Positions 9,661 to 18,734 of a stretch of 64,000 nt of DNA are shown one piece after another; the first letter of the stretch is position 1, and every line of letters begins with the position of its first letter. The notes beneath the pieces were generated by a model. That model saw nothing but the letters and a program-made list of their open reading frames with translations. It did not search any database and was not told the DNA's origin. This DNA is from Patescibacteria group bacterium (GTDB taxonomy: Bacteria > Patescibacteriota > Doudnabacteria > UBA920). The position numbers and the translations under genes were made by a program. The DNA lies in contig DAIMCS010000001.1 of the NCBI GenBank assembly GCA_036726225.1, forward strand, positions 188,885 through 252,884, read 5' to 3'.

Positions 9661-10452
9661 ATGAGAAAGACATTGGCTTTCATGACAATTATCATGGCGG
9701 CCTTAAGCAGTGGATGCGTAAAAAAAGAAGGTTTCAAAACCGTTACACAAGCGCCGTTATACGAACCCACGCCAAGCTACGCGGATCTCACTCGGTTGGA
9801 GAAGCTCGGCGTACCAGACAACTGCCGGGACCACCTCAAAAAGCCGGCCAAACAGATCCCTGAATTTTTCAACGATGAACGTGAAGCTTTCCGCTGCGGC
9901 GGTATGTATACCGACAAGCCGTGGCTTTATGGAACACTCATGAAAACGGTGGAAAAAAAAGGATGGAATGGCACCGGAGGGTACTGGGCACTTGTATTTT
10001 ACTACCAGTACGAAAAAGAACCCTGGGCGCCGCAGATGTTTTTAAAAGCCGTAAAGCTAGACCCTGTCGGTGTATTCCATTTCTTCACTGAGCGCATCAG
10101 TTATAACGGCAAGTACGGAAATAGCCACCCGCCTGCTTGGTACGAAAGCCGCATCCCAGGCCTAATGTCCTTGCTTAAACAGTCCATTGAAACTTCAGTT
10201 GAAAAGGGGCACGGACTGGACGCACTGAAATTTCTAAACAAGGAAGTTGATTTCCCTGACAGAGAAGCCCTGCTTGAAAGCCTGATTCCTGAACTTGTCT
10301 TTCGGGAAAATATCCGCTCTATAAACCTCGTCGACATTGCCAGGCAACTACGGGAAATGAACGAGCCGTATGCCAAGTCGGCGTTAGACAGGCTAAAAGC
10401 CGATGTGCATGGAAACTACGCCTTTTTCATACGCGAATCCCCCAACTTTTAG
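9661..10452 (+). CDS. Predicted lipoprotein, hypothetical; markedly GC-rich relative to surroundings
   Basis: 263 aa; signal peptide with lipobox-like ALSSGC; RBS AAGGGAGG upstream; intrinsic terminator downstream. Confidence 0.6.
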   Translation: MRKTLAFMTIIMAALSSGCVKKEGFKTVTQAPLYEPTPSYADLTRLEKLGVPDNCRDHLKKPAKQIPEFFNDEREAFRCGGMYTDKPWLYGTLMKTVEKKGWNGTGGYWALVFYYQYEKEPWAPQMFLKAVKLDPVGVFHFFTERISYNGKYGNSHPPAWYESRIPGLMSLLKQSIETSVEKGHGLDALKFLNKEVDFPDREALLESLIPELVFRENIRSINLVDIARQLREMNEPYAKSALDRLKADVHGNYAFFIRESPNF

Positions 10453-10475
10453 GGTGACAAGCGCTGCTAAGCGAA

Positions 10476-10509
10476 CCGCCGAGATCCGTTGATCTCGGCG
10501 GTTTTTTTA
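10476..10509 (+). terminator. Rho-independent terminator
   Basis: ccgccgagatccgttgatctcggcgg hairpin followed by T7. Confidence 0.8.
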
Positions 10510-11205
10510 AACTGATAAATTTTGGCAAAAACTTAAACGGTGAATAGCGGAAAGGCCGTTTTGCAAAATGAGTTTTCGATGCTGCTGTGTAGCATAACCT
10601 TTGTGCTGTTTGAGATTGTAGATTGGATAAGTTTCATGCAACTTTTGCATTAAACTATCTCTATAAACTTTTGCGATAATTGATGCAGAGGCGATTGAAA
10701 GAATTTTATTGTCACCGTCTACAACTGCTTCTTGTTCAATTGTTAAGCCGGGAATTTTAAACTTGCCGTCAACAACTACCATGACTTTGTCATTCCCGCG
10801 AAAGCGGGAATCTTTTTTAAGATCCCCGATCGGGTCGGGGATGACATAAAAAGATAGCAGATTCTCAACGGCTTTTCTCATTGCAAGCAAGCTTGCGTTG
10901 TGAATATTTATTCTGTCAATCTCTTCAGGTGAAACTTCCGCAATGCTCCAGGCAATTGCATTCTCTTTTATAATTGGCGCTAATTCTTCTCTTTTTTCAG
11001 CCGAAAGCAGTTTGCTGTCCTTAATTCCACAAGACTTTATAACTTTATAACTTTCTACTTTTAACTTGTCGTTTGCATCCGATATAGGCAAAATCACCGC
11101 GGATGCGACGACAGGCCCGGCCAAACATCCCCTGCCGACTTCGTCACAGCCGATGATGTGGGAAAAACCTTGTGATATTTTTTTGTTTTCGTATTTGTTG
11201 TTCAT
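10507..11205 (-). CDS. rnhB: Ribonuclease HII with in-frame palindromic-element insertion
   Basis: 232 aa; GCDEVGRGCLAGPVV and HKGYATQQH motifs; 10789-10845 palindromic element encodes ...DPIGDLKKDSRFRGND... Confidence 0.85.
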   Translation of the reverse strand: MNNKYENKKISQGFSHIIGCDEVGRGCLAGPVVASAVILPISDANDKLKVESYKVIKSCGIKDSKLLSAEKREELAPIIKENAIAWSIAEVSPEEIDRINIHNASLLAMRKAVENLLSFYVIPDPIGDLKKDSRFRGNDKVMVVVDGKFKIPGLTIEQEAVVDGDNKILSIASASIIAKVYRDSLMQKLHETYPIYNLKQHKGYATQQHRKLILQNGLSAIHRLSFCQNLSV

Positions 11206-11402
11206 GTTTTTAGCTTCCCTCCCCCTTGCCTGCCTACCGCAGGCAGGTGGGGAGGGCTAGGGAGGGGGTAAGATCGACAATAATTTTCACCCTCCCCTAA
11301 CCCCTCCCATCAAGGGAGGGGAATCAGAATATTTTGTTCAATGTAAAACGACCTATGCTAACATACCGGTTCCACGAAGTAAAGTGGAAAACTCGAGAAA
11401 CA

Positions 11403-12587
11403 TTACTCTTTTAGTTTTGCCGATTTTAACTTAGATCCATTTAACTGTTTAAGCACACTGGATTCAAAAGTAAAGTTGGTCTGCTTGGACTGCTCGTGCT
11501 TTTCTTGGGCAAATTTTATTAATTCTTTCAATAATTGATCGAGTTCAACCCCCGAAGCCTTCCACAAATGATGGTACAAAGTTCCCGGCAGCGGGTTTAT
11601 TTCATTGGCAAAAAATTCTTTAGTTTGTTTATTATAGAGGAAATCTACTCTAGATATTCCCGAAAGTCCTAATGTTTTATAAACTTTTTTGGCGCTTTCC
11701 TGAATGGCCGATGTTGTAGCATCATCTAACCTTGCCGGAATAACCAAATTGTTTAGCGCTTTGCCGGTTTGCGCTCCGCCTTCGCTAATATATTTGTCTT
11801 CAAAGTTAAAAAGATCATCTTTAAATACGGATTCCTGGAGTAGCGATGCGCGCGGATTTTCGTTGCCAATAAGGCAGCAGGTAACGTCCATTAAATTTTC
11901 CACGCCTTCTTCCACCAAAACTTTTTCGTCGTAGTGCAGCGCCACTTCAATTTTTTGCTCTAACTCTTTAATATTTTGGTCTTTAACTTTGGAAATGCCG
12001 ATAGATGAACCCAAGTGCACGGGTTTAACAAACACCGGCCACTTTAATTTTTTTATTTGGCTGATAATACTCTCTCTATTCTCCTGCCAATCTTTTCTGT
12101 AAAAATAAATAAATTTGGTTGTTGGGATTCCTGCCTGCTGCATTACAATTTTAGTCAGTGCTTTGTCCATGGAAACGGCCGATGCCGGTACATTGCAGCC
12201 AACATAAGGTATGCCTAAAAGCTCAAACCAGCCTTGCATAGTACCGTCTTCGCCAAAAGTTCCATGAAGCGCCGGGAAAGCCAAGTCCACAGTGATGGAT
12301 TTTCCCATAATCCCCTTTTTCTTAAAAACCAGTTTGCCGCTGGATTCTTCTAAGTCCAAATAATATTCAGTAAAACTTTTTTCATCCTCAATTTTTTTAC
12401 CGGGGTCTGTAAAACTTTTTAAGTTTCCCAATTCTTCTGAAATCATCCACTTGCCCGCTTTGGTAATGTAAACCGGCGTGACTTGGTAATTAAGTCCTTT
12501 AAGTCCGCTTATTATAAGCTGGGCAGTGATAATGGAAATATCGTGCTCACTACTCTTGCTTCCAAAGAACACACCAATGTTTTTCAT
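11403..12587 (-). CDS. ddl: D-alanine--D-alanine ligase
   Basis: 394 aa; ATP-grasp; LHGTFGEDGTMQGWFELLGIPYVG and C-terminal VDFLYN...NEINPLPG motifs. Confidence 0.8.
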   Translation of the reverse strand: MKNIGVFFGSKSSEHDISIITAQLIISGLKGLNYQVTPVYITKAGKWMISEELGNLKSFTDPGKKIEDEKSFTEYYLDLEESSGKLVFKKKGIMGKSITVDLAFPALHGTFGEDGTMQGWFELLGIPYVGCNVPASAVSMDKALTKIVMQQAGIPTTKFIYFYRKDWQENRESIISQIKKLKWPVFVKPVHLGSSIGISKVKDQNIKELEQKIEVALHYDEKVLVEEGVENLMDVTCCLIGNENPRASLLQESVFKDDLFNFEDKYISEGGAQTGKALNNLVIPARLDDATTSAIQESAKKVYKTLGLSGISRVDFLYNKQTKEFFANEINPLPGTLYHHLWKASGVELDQLLKELIKFAQEKHEQSKQTNFTFESSVLKQLNGSKLKSAKLKE

Positions 12588-12606
12588 ACGATTATTTTAT
12601 CATAAA

Positions 12607-14124
12607 TTAAAGATACTGGTCTCCCCAGTCGTTCTGGAATAAAACCACATCGTACGGCTGTAAAATATTTTTTAACTCTTGATGCGCCTGCAAAGCTGTA
12701 TTAAACCAAACTACTTTTGGTTTTCTCCCGCCATCTCCTAATTCCAGACTCTTGATCCCTTCTTCAATATAAGGTGATACGCTGTTTTTTATTAAAATGA
12801 CAATATCAACCGCCCCAACTAATCTTCTGCCAATTTCGCGGTGAATTTCCGCCTCCTGGTCCCCCATTTCCACGAGCCCCGGGGTAATGTAAATTTTCCT
12901 GCGGTGCGGAAAACGGCGCAACAACGCAATTGCCTCGGCAGCGCCGTTTGGGTTGCCGTTGTAACTGTCGTCTATTACTAAAATATTACCCCCCGATTTA
13001 ATTGGCTGGAGCCTGTGCTCAACCGGTTTTATTTCGGCTGTGCCTTTTTTTATGTCTTCATTGCTCAAACCCAAAATTTTAGCCGCCTTAATTGCTGCAT
13101 CAATGTCGCCAAGCGCGTATTCTCCCAACAATTTAATTTCCAATTCTCCAATTTCCTCAAATCCCCCTTTCCAAATTAGTCTTTCGGGGTCAAAAATTCT
13201 ATTTTGTATGCTTTCTGCCGTATACTGCTGCACTTGGTTGTCCGGCCAAACAAATTTTTCATAATTTTCCGTTACTAGGGCATTGTCCGCATTCAAAAGT
13301 ATATGTGCCCGTGGCTTTGCGTTGGAAACAATTTCAAAAATAGTAGCAACTACACTTTCCATAGTTTGCATTCTTTCCAAATGCGCCTGGTTAATACCCG
13401 TAACTACGGCAATGTCCGGCGGGGTAATTTTACAAAGCTGCTTTACATCACCTAAATAGTGCTCTCCCATTTCCACTATTAAAATTTCTGTAGAGGCGTC
13501 AACCTTTTCCAAAATCCATCTCGCTACCCCAATAGGCACATTTACACTTTCCGGCGTACTGAGTACTGTATACTGTGTACTGAGTACTGACTTCAATACT
13601 TCTTTCATTGTGGTCTTGCCGTAACTGCCCGCAATGCCAATTACTTTTATATCACGCAAACCTTTTATTTTAAACCTCGCCCTTAAAATTAAAATTTCTT
13701 TTGTAAAAAAATCTGCCGGCCAAATTAAAATTGTTGCGGCCGATAAAAATATGGGGGCAAAAAAATCTAAAACATAGACTGTAACCAAAAAAGTCAGGGC
13801 TTTTTGCCACCAATAAGCAAACGGCATAAAAAATCCTTTATAAAACAAAAAGGCCGCGAGCGCCAAAATTAAAATTTCAGCCAGGCCAAAAAGCAGTTTG
13901 GCTTTAGTGGTCCAAACTAAATTTTTTCTCTGCTCCCCCTTTGGAAACCAGCCTTTTTTTAAAAGCAATGCCCAAAAGCGCGGGAGTTCGTAATTTTCCA
14001 GCTGGAGAAGATAAAGGTGATATTTAATTAAAACGTATGGGTCAAAGGTCATAAAAATATTCTTCGACCTTGTGGAGAAGATATTTTCTTTCACAAGGTA
14101 TTGTTCTCGATTCCACTCGAACAA
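12607..14124 (-). CDS. murF: Mur ligase family protein, MurF-like, with unusual N-terminal membrane region
   Basis: 505 aa; P-loop GSYGKTTMKE, Mur ligase middle and C domains; about 160 aa hydrophobic N-terminus; adjacent to ddl. Confidence 0.65.
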   Translation of the reverse strand: MFEWNREQYLVKENIFSTRSKNIFMTFDPYVLIKYHLYLLQLENYELPRFWALLLKKGWFPKGEQRKNLVWTTKAKLLFGLAEILILALAAFLFYKGFFMPFAYWWQKALTFLVTVYVLDFFAPIFLSAATILIWPADFFTKEILILRARFKIKGLRDIKVIGIAGSYGKTTMKEVLKSVLSTQYTVLSTPESVNVPIGVARWILEKVDASTEILIVEMGEHYLGDVKQLCKITPPDIAVVTGINQAHLERMQTMESVVATIFEIVSNAKPRAHILLNADNALVTENYEKFVWPDNQVQQYTAESIQNRIFDPERLIWKGGFEEIGELEIKLLGEYALGDIDAAIKAAKILGLSNEDIKKGTAEIKPVEHRLQPIKSGGNILVIDDSYNGNPNGAAEAIALLRRFPHRRKIYITPGLVEMGDQEAEIHREIGRRLVGAVDIVILIKNSVSPYIEEGIKSLELGDGGRKPKVVWFNTALQAHQELKNILQPYDVVLFQNDWGDQYL

Positions 14125-14126
14125 TA

Positions 14127-14879
14127 TTATTTTATAAAATTATTCAAAATCTGATTAAACTCCATGGGTTTGTCTACAAAACTAAAATGTCCTGCGTCTT
14201 TTAAAATTTCAAGTTGGGAGTTTGGAATTAAAGAATTCATTTTTTTGCCAAACACTACTGGCGTATCTATATCGTTCTCCCCGGTAACTATGAGGGTTGG
14301 GCAGGTAATTTTTTTCATGTCTTCTGTTAAATCCTCGCCTATAATGTTAACAAAAGTTTTTTGAAGCTCGGGAGTTGCCACATAATCTTCGGCGCCGAGT
14401 TTTTCATAAATTTTTTTTCGCAGCGGCTGCATAAATTTTGGTTTAAAAAAGGGACTTACAATTTTTGCCGCCGTGCCAATTAAACTTTTTTTATTGAAAT
14501 CCATAGCAAATCCCGCACTGTCTACTAAAATTAGTTTGTTAATTAATTCCCTATGATGCGCGGCCAGTTTAATCCCCACTCGCCCGCCAAAAGAATGGCC
14601 AACGATGATGGTATTTTTTAAATCCAACTTTTCTATAAATTCTTTAACCACTTCCGCATAATCCCCTACGGTCATTGGTGTGGATGGGGTCTGCGATCCT
14701 CCAAAACCTGGGAAATCAATTGCGTAAGATTTTTCCTGCAGCTGGCTGATTACTGGCAACCAAATTTCTTTGTTCGACCGCCAGCCATGCAAAAAAAGCA
14801 AGCTTTTACTTGCTTGATTTTCCTGATTTAAAACCGAGTAATTAACTAACAAATTTTTTATAATTATCTGGCCATTCAT
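14127..14879 (-). CDS. Alpha/beta hydrolase fold protein
   Basis: GHSFGG nucleophile elbow; start trimmed to internal MNGQIIIKN because the track ORF upstream extension overlaps tRNA-Pro and its leader. Confidence 0.7.
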   Translation of the reverse strand: MNGQIIIKNLLVNYSVLNQENQASKSLLFLHGWRSNKEIWLPVISQLQEKSYAIDFPGFGGSQTPSTPMTVGDYAEVVKEFIEKLDLKNTIIVGHSFGGRVGIKLAAHHRELINKLILVDSAGFAMDFNKKSLIGTAAKIVSPFFKPKFMQPLRKKIYEKLGAEDYVATPELQKTFVNIIGEDLTEDMKKITCPTLIVTGENDIDTPVVFGKKMNSLIPNSQLEILKDAGHFSFVDKPMEFNQILNNFIK

Positions 14880-14957
14880 AAACGTATAATACCATTGCTC
14901 AAAGCAAATTAAAAGGCTATAATATATTGGATTTTTGACCCGAAATAAACATAAGGG

Positions 14958-15073
14958 CTCCCAAAAATACTGATGAGCATTCACAAAGGTATTTTTGGGA
15001 AAGACGAGCGCCCGCGGAGAGCGAAAGTCCCGATTTTTAAATCGGGACGTGAGCTCGGAGCAAGGCGCGAGGA
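14958..15073 (+). ncRNA. Structured tRNA-leader element (copy A) immediately upstream of tRNA-Pro
   Basis: cccaaaaat-hairpin-atttttggg module, then GGAGAGCGAAAGTCCCGAT-loop-ATCGGGAC-GTGAGCTCGGA enclosed by outer stem gcgcc/ggcgc. Confidence 0.5.
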
Positions 15074-15147
15074 CGGGATGTAGTATACCGGTAGTACACA
15101 CGCTTCGGGTGCGTGGAGACTGGGTTCGATTCCCAGCATCCCGACCA
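15074..15147 (+). tRNA. tRNA-Pro(CGG)
   Basis: CGGGATG acceptor/CATCCCG, anticodon loop TTCGGGT, T-arm GGTTCGATTCC, encoded CCA. Confidence 0.8.
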
Positions 15148-15183
15148 AAAACCACCAATCATTAGATTGGTGGTTTTTGTTGA
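15148..15183 (+). terminator. Rho-independent terminator
   Basis: accaccaatcattagattggtggt hairpin + T5. Confidence 0.75.
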
Positions 15184-15192
15184 CAGGAATAT

Positions 15193-15513
15193 TTAAGCCA
15201 TCGCATTAAATAACTTATCGATCTTTGGAAATTTTTTATAAATCTGCTTAAACAAACAATAAACACCTAAACAAATTATTGTAAATAACAAAATGGAGAT
15301 TAAGGCTTGTTGAGCGAAAAATAAATACACTGCTAACATGAACAATAACCCAATACAAACTGCAAAAACCTGTTTGTTAAATTCCTTTGTTTTATAAATT
15401 CCATATTTCCAGTATTGTGGTCTAGAAAAAGTAGCAATTCCACCTAGAGCAATAACAATAAAAAAGGCTGACACACAAATATATTCAAATAAATTTCGCT
15501 GTTCGTTCACCAT
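15193..15513 (-). CDS. Small membrane protein, hypothetical
   Basis: 106 aa, three predicted TM helices. Confidence 0.45.
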   Translation of the reverse strand: MVNEQRNLFEYICVSAFFIVIALGGIATFSRPQYWKYGIYKTKEFNKQVFAVCIGLLFMLAVYLFFAQQALISILLFTIICLGVYCLFKQIYKKFPKIDKLFNAMA

Positions 15514-15558
15514 AAATAAATTATATCACAAAAATACCTCCAATCTGGAGGTATTTTT

Positions 15559-15632
15559 TGGTGGACCAACCGGGAATCGGACCCGGCACTCATCCATGCC
15601 ATGGATGTGTATTACCACTATACTATTGGCCC
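15559..15632 (-). tRNA. tRNA-Ala(GGC)
   Basis: rc GGGCCAATAGTATAGTGG...ATGGCAT loop...GGTCCGATTCCCGG...TTGGTCCACCA; G3:U70 Ala identity pair. Confidence 0.8.
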
Positions 15633-15701
15633 AATAAAGAAAGTGTAGGAAACTTTTATTCGTCTAGACATTTTATCTAATTTTCTACTATAAATCAAGG
15701 C

Positions 15702-16046
15702 CTACCGGTTCACATTTACAACCTGTCCGTCGGGTAAAGTAATTTGATAATTCCCTTTTAGCTCACTCCCCTGCCCTTCCTGATTCTGATCACCATTGCC
15801 GCCCAAAATTGCCGAAGCTTTGCCCATCATAATTTGAAAATTTTTCATTTGGTCTCTAAGCTGCGGTAATACTCCGCTCTTGTCCAATATCCAGCCCAAA
15901 ATTAAAATTACAATAATTAAACCTACCGCGTAACCAAAAGCTCCGAATATCCCGTTAAAAAACGCGCGTCCAATCCCGTGGCCTTTTTTTATATTTACTA
16001 AATTGGTGTTTATTTCGTCTAACTTTTTTTGTAAATCCGGATCCAT
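15702..16046 (-). CDS. Hypothetical membrane protein
   Basis: 114 aa, central TM hairpin, Gly-rich C-terminus. Confidence 0.45.
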   Translation of the reverse strand: MDPDLQKKLDEINTNLVNIKKGHGIGRAFFNGIFGAFGYAVGLIIVILILGWILDKSGVLPQLRDQMKNFQIMMGKASAILGGNGDQNQEGQGSELKGNYQITLPDGQVVNVNR

Positions 16047-16206
16047 CCCGTTAGAAGTCTTAATTTTTTTTACGAAAGATTAAAATTTTATCAAAGTCTA
16101 TTTTATTTGGACGCCGCTAGTGGTTTGTAACAAACTTCTAACGGGATCCATGGTGTAATTATACCAAATAAGTTTTTATTTTTGCTCCCCGCCCGCCTGA
16201 CTTGTC

Positions 16207-16281
16207 TGGTGACCTCGGCTGGAATTGAACCAACATCAATAGCTTAGGACGCTACTGCTCTATCCGTTGAGCTACGAGGTC
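16207..16281 (-). tRNA. tRNA-Arg(CCT)
   Basis: rc GACCTCGTAGCTCAACGGATAGAGCA...anticodon loop GTCCTAA...GGTTCAATTCC...CGAGGTCACCA; embedded between imperfect inverted repeats cccgcccgcctgac / gtcaggcgagtcgggcggg. Confidence 0.65.
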
Positions 16282-16478
16282 GTCAGGCGAGTCGGGCGGG
16301 TATCCACTCCGACGTTCAACAAAGTTGAAGTCGGAGCCCCGACCGCTTGCGCGTCGGGGTTGAGCCTGCCTGCCAGCAGGCAGGCTACGAAGGCCAAAGA
16401 CACCAAAAAATTATACCATAAAAAACGCCCCTTATGATAGAATCATTAGGGGCCGATTTTTTGAGATTTTGACACTAT

Positions 16479-17816
16479 ATGTATAATTATATCATAAATT
16501 TAAGAAATAGTCAAAAATTTACTAAAATCCTTTTATTTTTGCTGGTTTTGTCTATTTTCATACCCATTAGGAATGTTTTTTTAAGTTCCCAGTCCTACCT
16601 GACTGGTGATTATTCTGACTTTACATCGATCTCCTTATATTTAAGCGATATTTTGTTATTTACCACGTGGTTTTTGTTAATTTTACCACGTGGTAGAGCT
16701 TCCCACCACGTGGGAAGACCTATAAAATTGCTTATTTTATGGGTTTTTTTGGGTTTTTTAATAAATTTTGGACTTTATAAAGGCTTAAACACTTATTTTC
16801 TCTTTAAATGGCTGGAATTAATTGTTGCATATGAAACATTTAGGCTAATTTTCCGAGAAACAGGCTTAAAAATGAGCTTTTTTAAGCTTTTCGCCTGGTT
16901 TTGTGGCATCCAGTCAGTTTTAGCAATCATACAATTCTGCACCCAAACCTCTGTCGGAATCTATAAACTAGGGGAGTCACATTTAAGCCCATTAATATTG
17001 GGAGTAGCTAAAATTGTTTCAGGTGGAACAACCTATATTCGAGGATATGGCACATTTCCGCATCCAAACGCTCTTTCTGCTTTTTTGGTGGTAGGAATTT
17101 TAATTTCTATATATCTTTTACTTAATTCGGCTAAAACCAGATCAAAAATCACCTATGCTACCATACTTTTCGTAAATACCCTAGGATTAACCGTTACTTT
17201 CTCACGTGGAGCATATTTAGCTTTGGCATTAGGATTGATAATTTTCTTCGGATTTTTGTTTTCCTCAAGAGGGGAATCCTCTAAAGAGGATTCCCCTCTT
17301 GCAAAGTTACTAATTTTTTCCCTTTTATCAATCGCCGTCTCGTTTTTAATCTTTAAACCCTTCCTCATTTCTCGCGCAGAGTTTTCCGACAGCTCATTTA
17401 TTGAAAGAAAATTTTATAACGAGACCGGCTTAAAAATGGCTAAAAATAATCCCATTTTTGGGGTTGGGATGGGGGAGAGTGTGCTTCATATGGAACAGTA
17501 CTCGGGTTTAAGGCTGGAACCTTGGGAAAAACAACCGCCTCACAATTATTTCATCATCGCCGCCGCTGAACTTGGCATTGGCGGAGCGCTTATTTTGCTT
17601 TGGATATTTCTGTCTCATTTTTGGGGGCTGATTAAAAAAATAAAATCCGAGGTTAATCCCGGACTTGTCACTTTTCACTTGTTACTTGTCACTGTCCTTG
17701 CCACTTTTTTGCTTCTAATGCAATTCGACCATTATTTTTATACTTTACAGCAAACTCAATTGCTTCTTTGGATGATTTTAGGGATAATAAGCGCTGAGAT
17801 GAATGAAAAACAATAG
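16479..17816 (+). CDS. O-antigen ligase/polymerase-like (Wzy_C) membrane protein with in-frame palindromic insertions
   Basis: 445 aa, many TM helices, TFSRGAYLALALG motif; insertions at 16659-16720 (3x ACCACGTGG) and 17263-17301 (perfect palindrome agaggggaatcctct-aaag-aggattcccctct). Confidence 0.65.
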   Translation: MYNYIINLRNSQKFTKILLFLLVLSIFIPIRNVFLSSQSYLTGDYSDFTSISLYLSDILLFTTWFLLILPRGRASHHVGRPIKLLILWVFLGFLINFGLYKGLNTYFLFKWLELIVAYETFRLIFRETGLKMSFFKLFAWFCGIQSVLAIIQFCTQTSVGIYKLGESHLSPLILGVAKIVSGGTTYIRGYGTFPHPNALSAFLVVGILISIYLLLNSAKTRSKITYATILFVNTLGLTVTFSRGAYLALALGLIIFFGFLFSSRGESSKEDSPLAKLLIFSLLSIAVSFLIFKPFLISRAEFSDSSFIERKFYNETGLKMAKNNPIFGVGMGESVLHMEQYSGLRLEPWEKQPPHNYFIIAAAELGIGGALILLWIFLSHFWGLIKKIKSEVNPGLVTFHLLLVTVLATFLLLMQFDHYFYTLQQTQLLLWMILGIISAEMNEKQ

Positions 17817-17836
17817 TTAAAACAATCAAAGGGGGA

Positions 17837-18124
17837 TTGATGGCAAAAAATAATTTAGGTGTTGTTCTGACACAATTTTCAAAGGCGTGCGCCACTTTAA
17901 CAAAACGCCTTAGGAAAGACGAAGACACGGAAATCGAGGAGGCAGTAATAAAGGTACTCAATGAAATTTTGCTCCAATGGGATTTAATTAACCTTGCTCA
18001 AACTGAAACCCTTAGCACCTGCCTGCTTCTGCTGGAAAATTCCTATGGGGACTGCCCTAAAATACGCAAGATACTAATAGGTCTTGCGGATAAACACAAA
18101 ATTCAGCTAAGTAACCGCACTTAA
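17837..18124 (+). CDS. Hypothetical small protein
   Basis: 95 aa ORF followed by intrinsic terminator 18126-18158. Confidence 0.4.
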   Translation: MMAKNNLGVVLTQFSKACATLTKRLRKDEDTEIEEAVIKVLNEILLQWDLINLAQTETLSTCLLLLENSYGDCPKIRKILIGLADKHKIQLSNRT

Positions 18125-18198
18125 AAGGCGCTGTCTTGTAAACAGCGCCCTTTTTTTATGGTGACTTTTTTGCCCGAAATTTTTACAATGATTTTTTA

Positions 18199-18669
18199 TC
18201 ATTTGTGGTACTCTTTACCGGCAAGAATTGTTCCGGCGCGATAAATCTGTTCAATTAAAATTAGGCGGGCAAGATTATGCGGAAAGGTAAGAGGGGAGAG
18301 CGAAATCGAATAGTTACTATAAGCCTTAAGGCTGCCGTGAAGGCCAATGCCGCTGCCAATTACAAACACCAATTCTTTTCCCAGTCCGCCGGTTCTTTGT
18401 AAAAACTGCGCAAAATCCTGCGAATTTCTTAAAGTGCCTTTTTCTTCCAGCAAAATAATAATTCCGTCATCAGGTAATTGTTTTATTATTTTTTCCGCTT
18501 CTTTTTCTTTTACTTTATCTAAATCTTGGTTGCCGTGGTAGGGCACTTCGGGTAGTTCCACAATTTTAATCTTTGCATACGATGACATCCTTTTTAAATA
18601 TTCTTTTTCCAATTCCAAAAACGCCTGCTCCTTAAATTTTCCTAAAGCAATAATCTTTATTTTAAACAT
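18199..18669 (-). CDS. rlmH: 23S rRNA (pseudouridine1915-N3)-methyltransferase RlmH
   Basis: SPOUT fold, MFKIKIIALGK... start; track ORF 5' extension (54 aa) judged spurious. Confidence 0.8.
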   Translation of the reverse strand: MFKIKIIALGKFKEQAFLELEKEYLKRMSSYAKIKIVELPEVPYHGNQDLDKVKEKEAEKIIKQLPDDGIIILLEEKGTLRNSQDFAQFLQRTGGLGKELVFVIGSGIGLHGSLKAYSNYSISLSPLTFPHNLARLILIEQIYRAGTILAGKEYHK

Positions 18670-18734
18670 AGGTTCTTTACTCACTATAGCCTGTAAGGTA
18701 AAATTAGACCAGCTCGGTTTTAAAGGAGGTTTAG

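Noticed and set aside
9444-9770. 108-aa minus-strand ORF
   Set aside because: Overlaps the tRNA-Ser leader and TIR and the start of the lipoprotein gene; low-complexity translation; no RBS.
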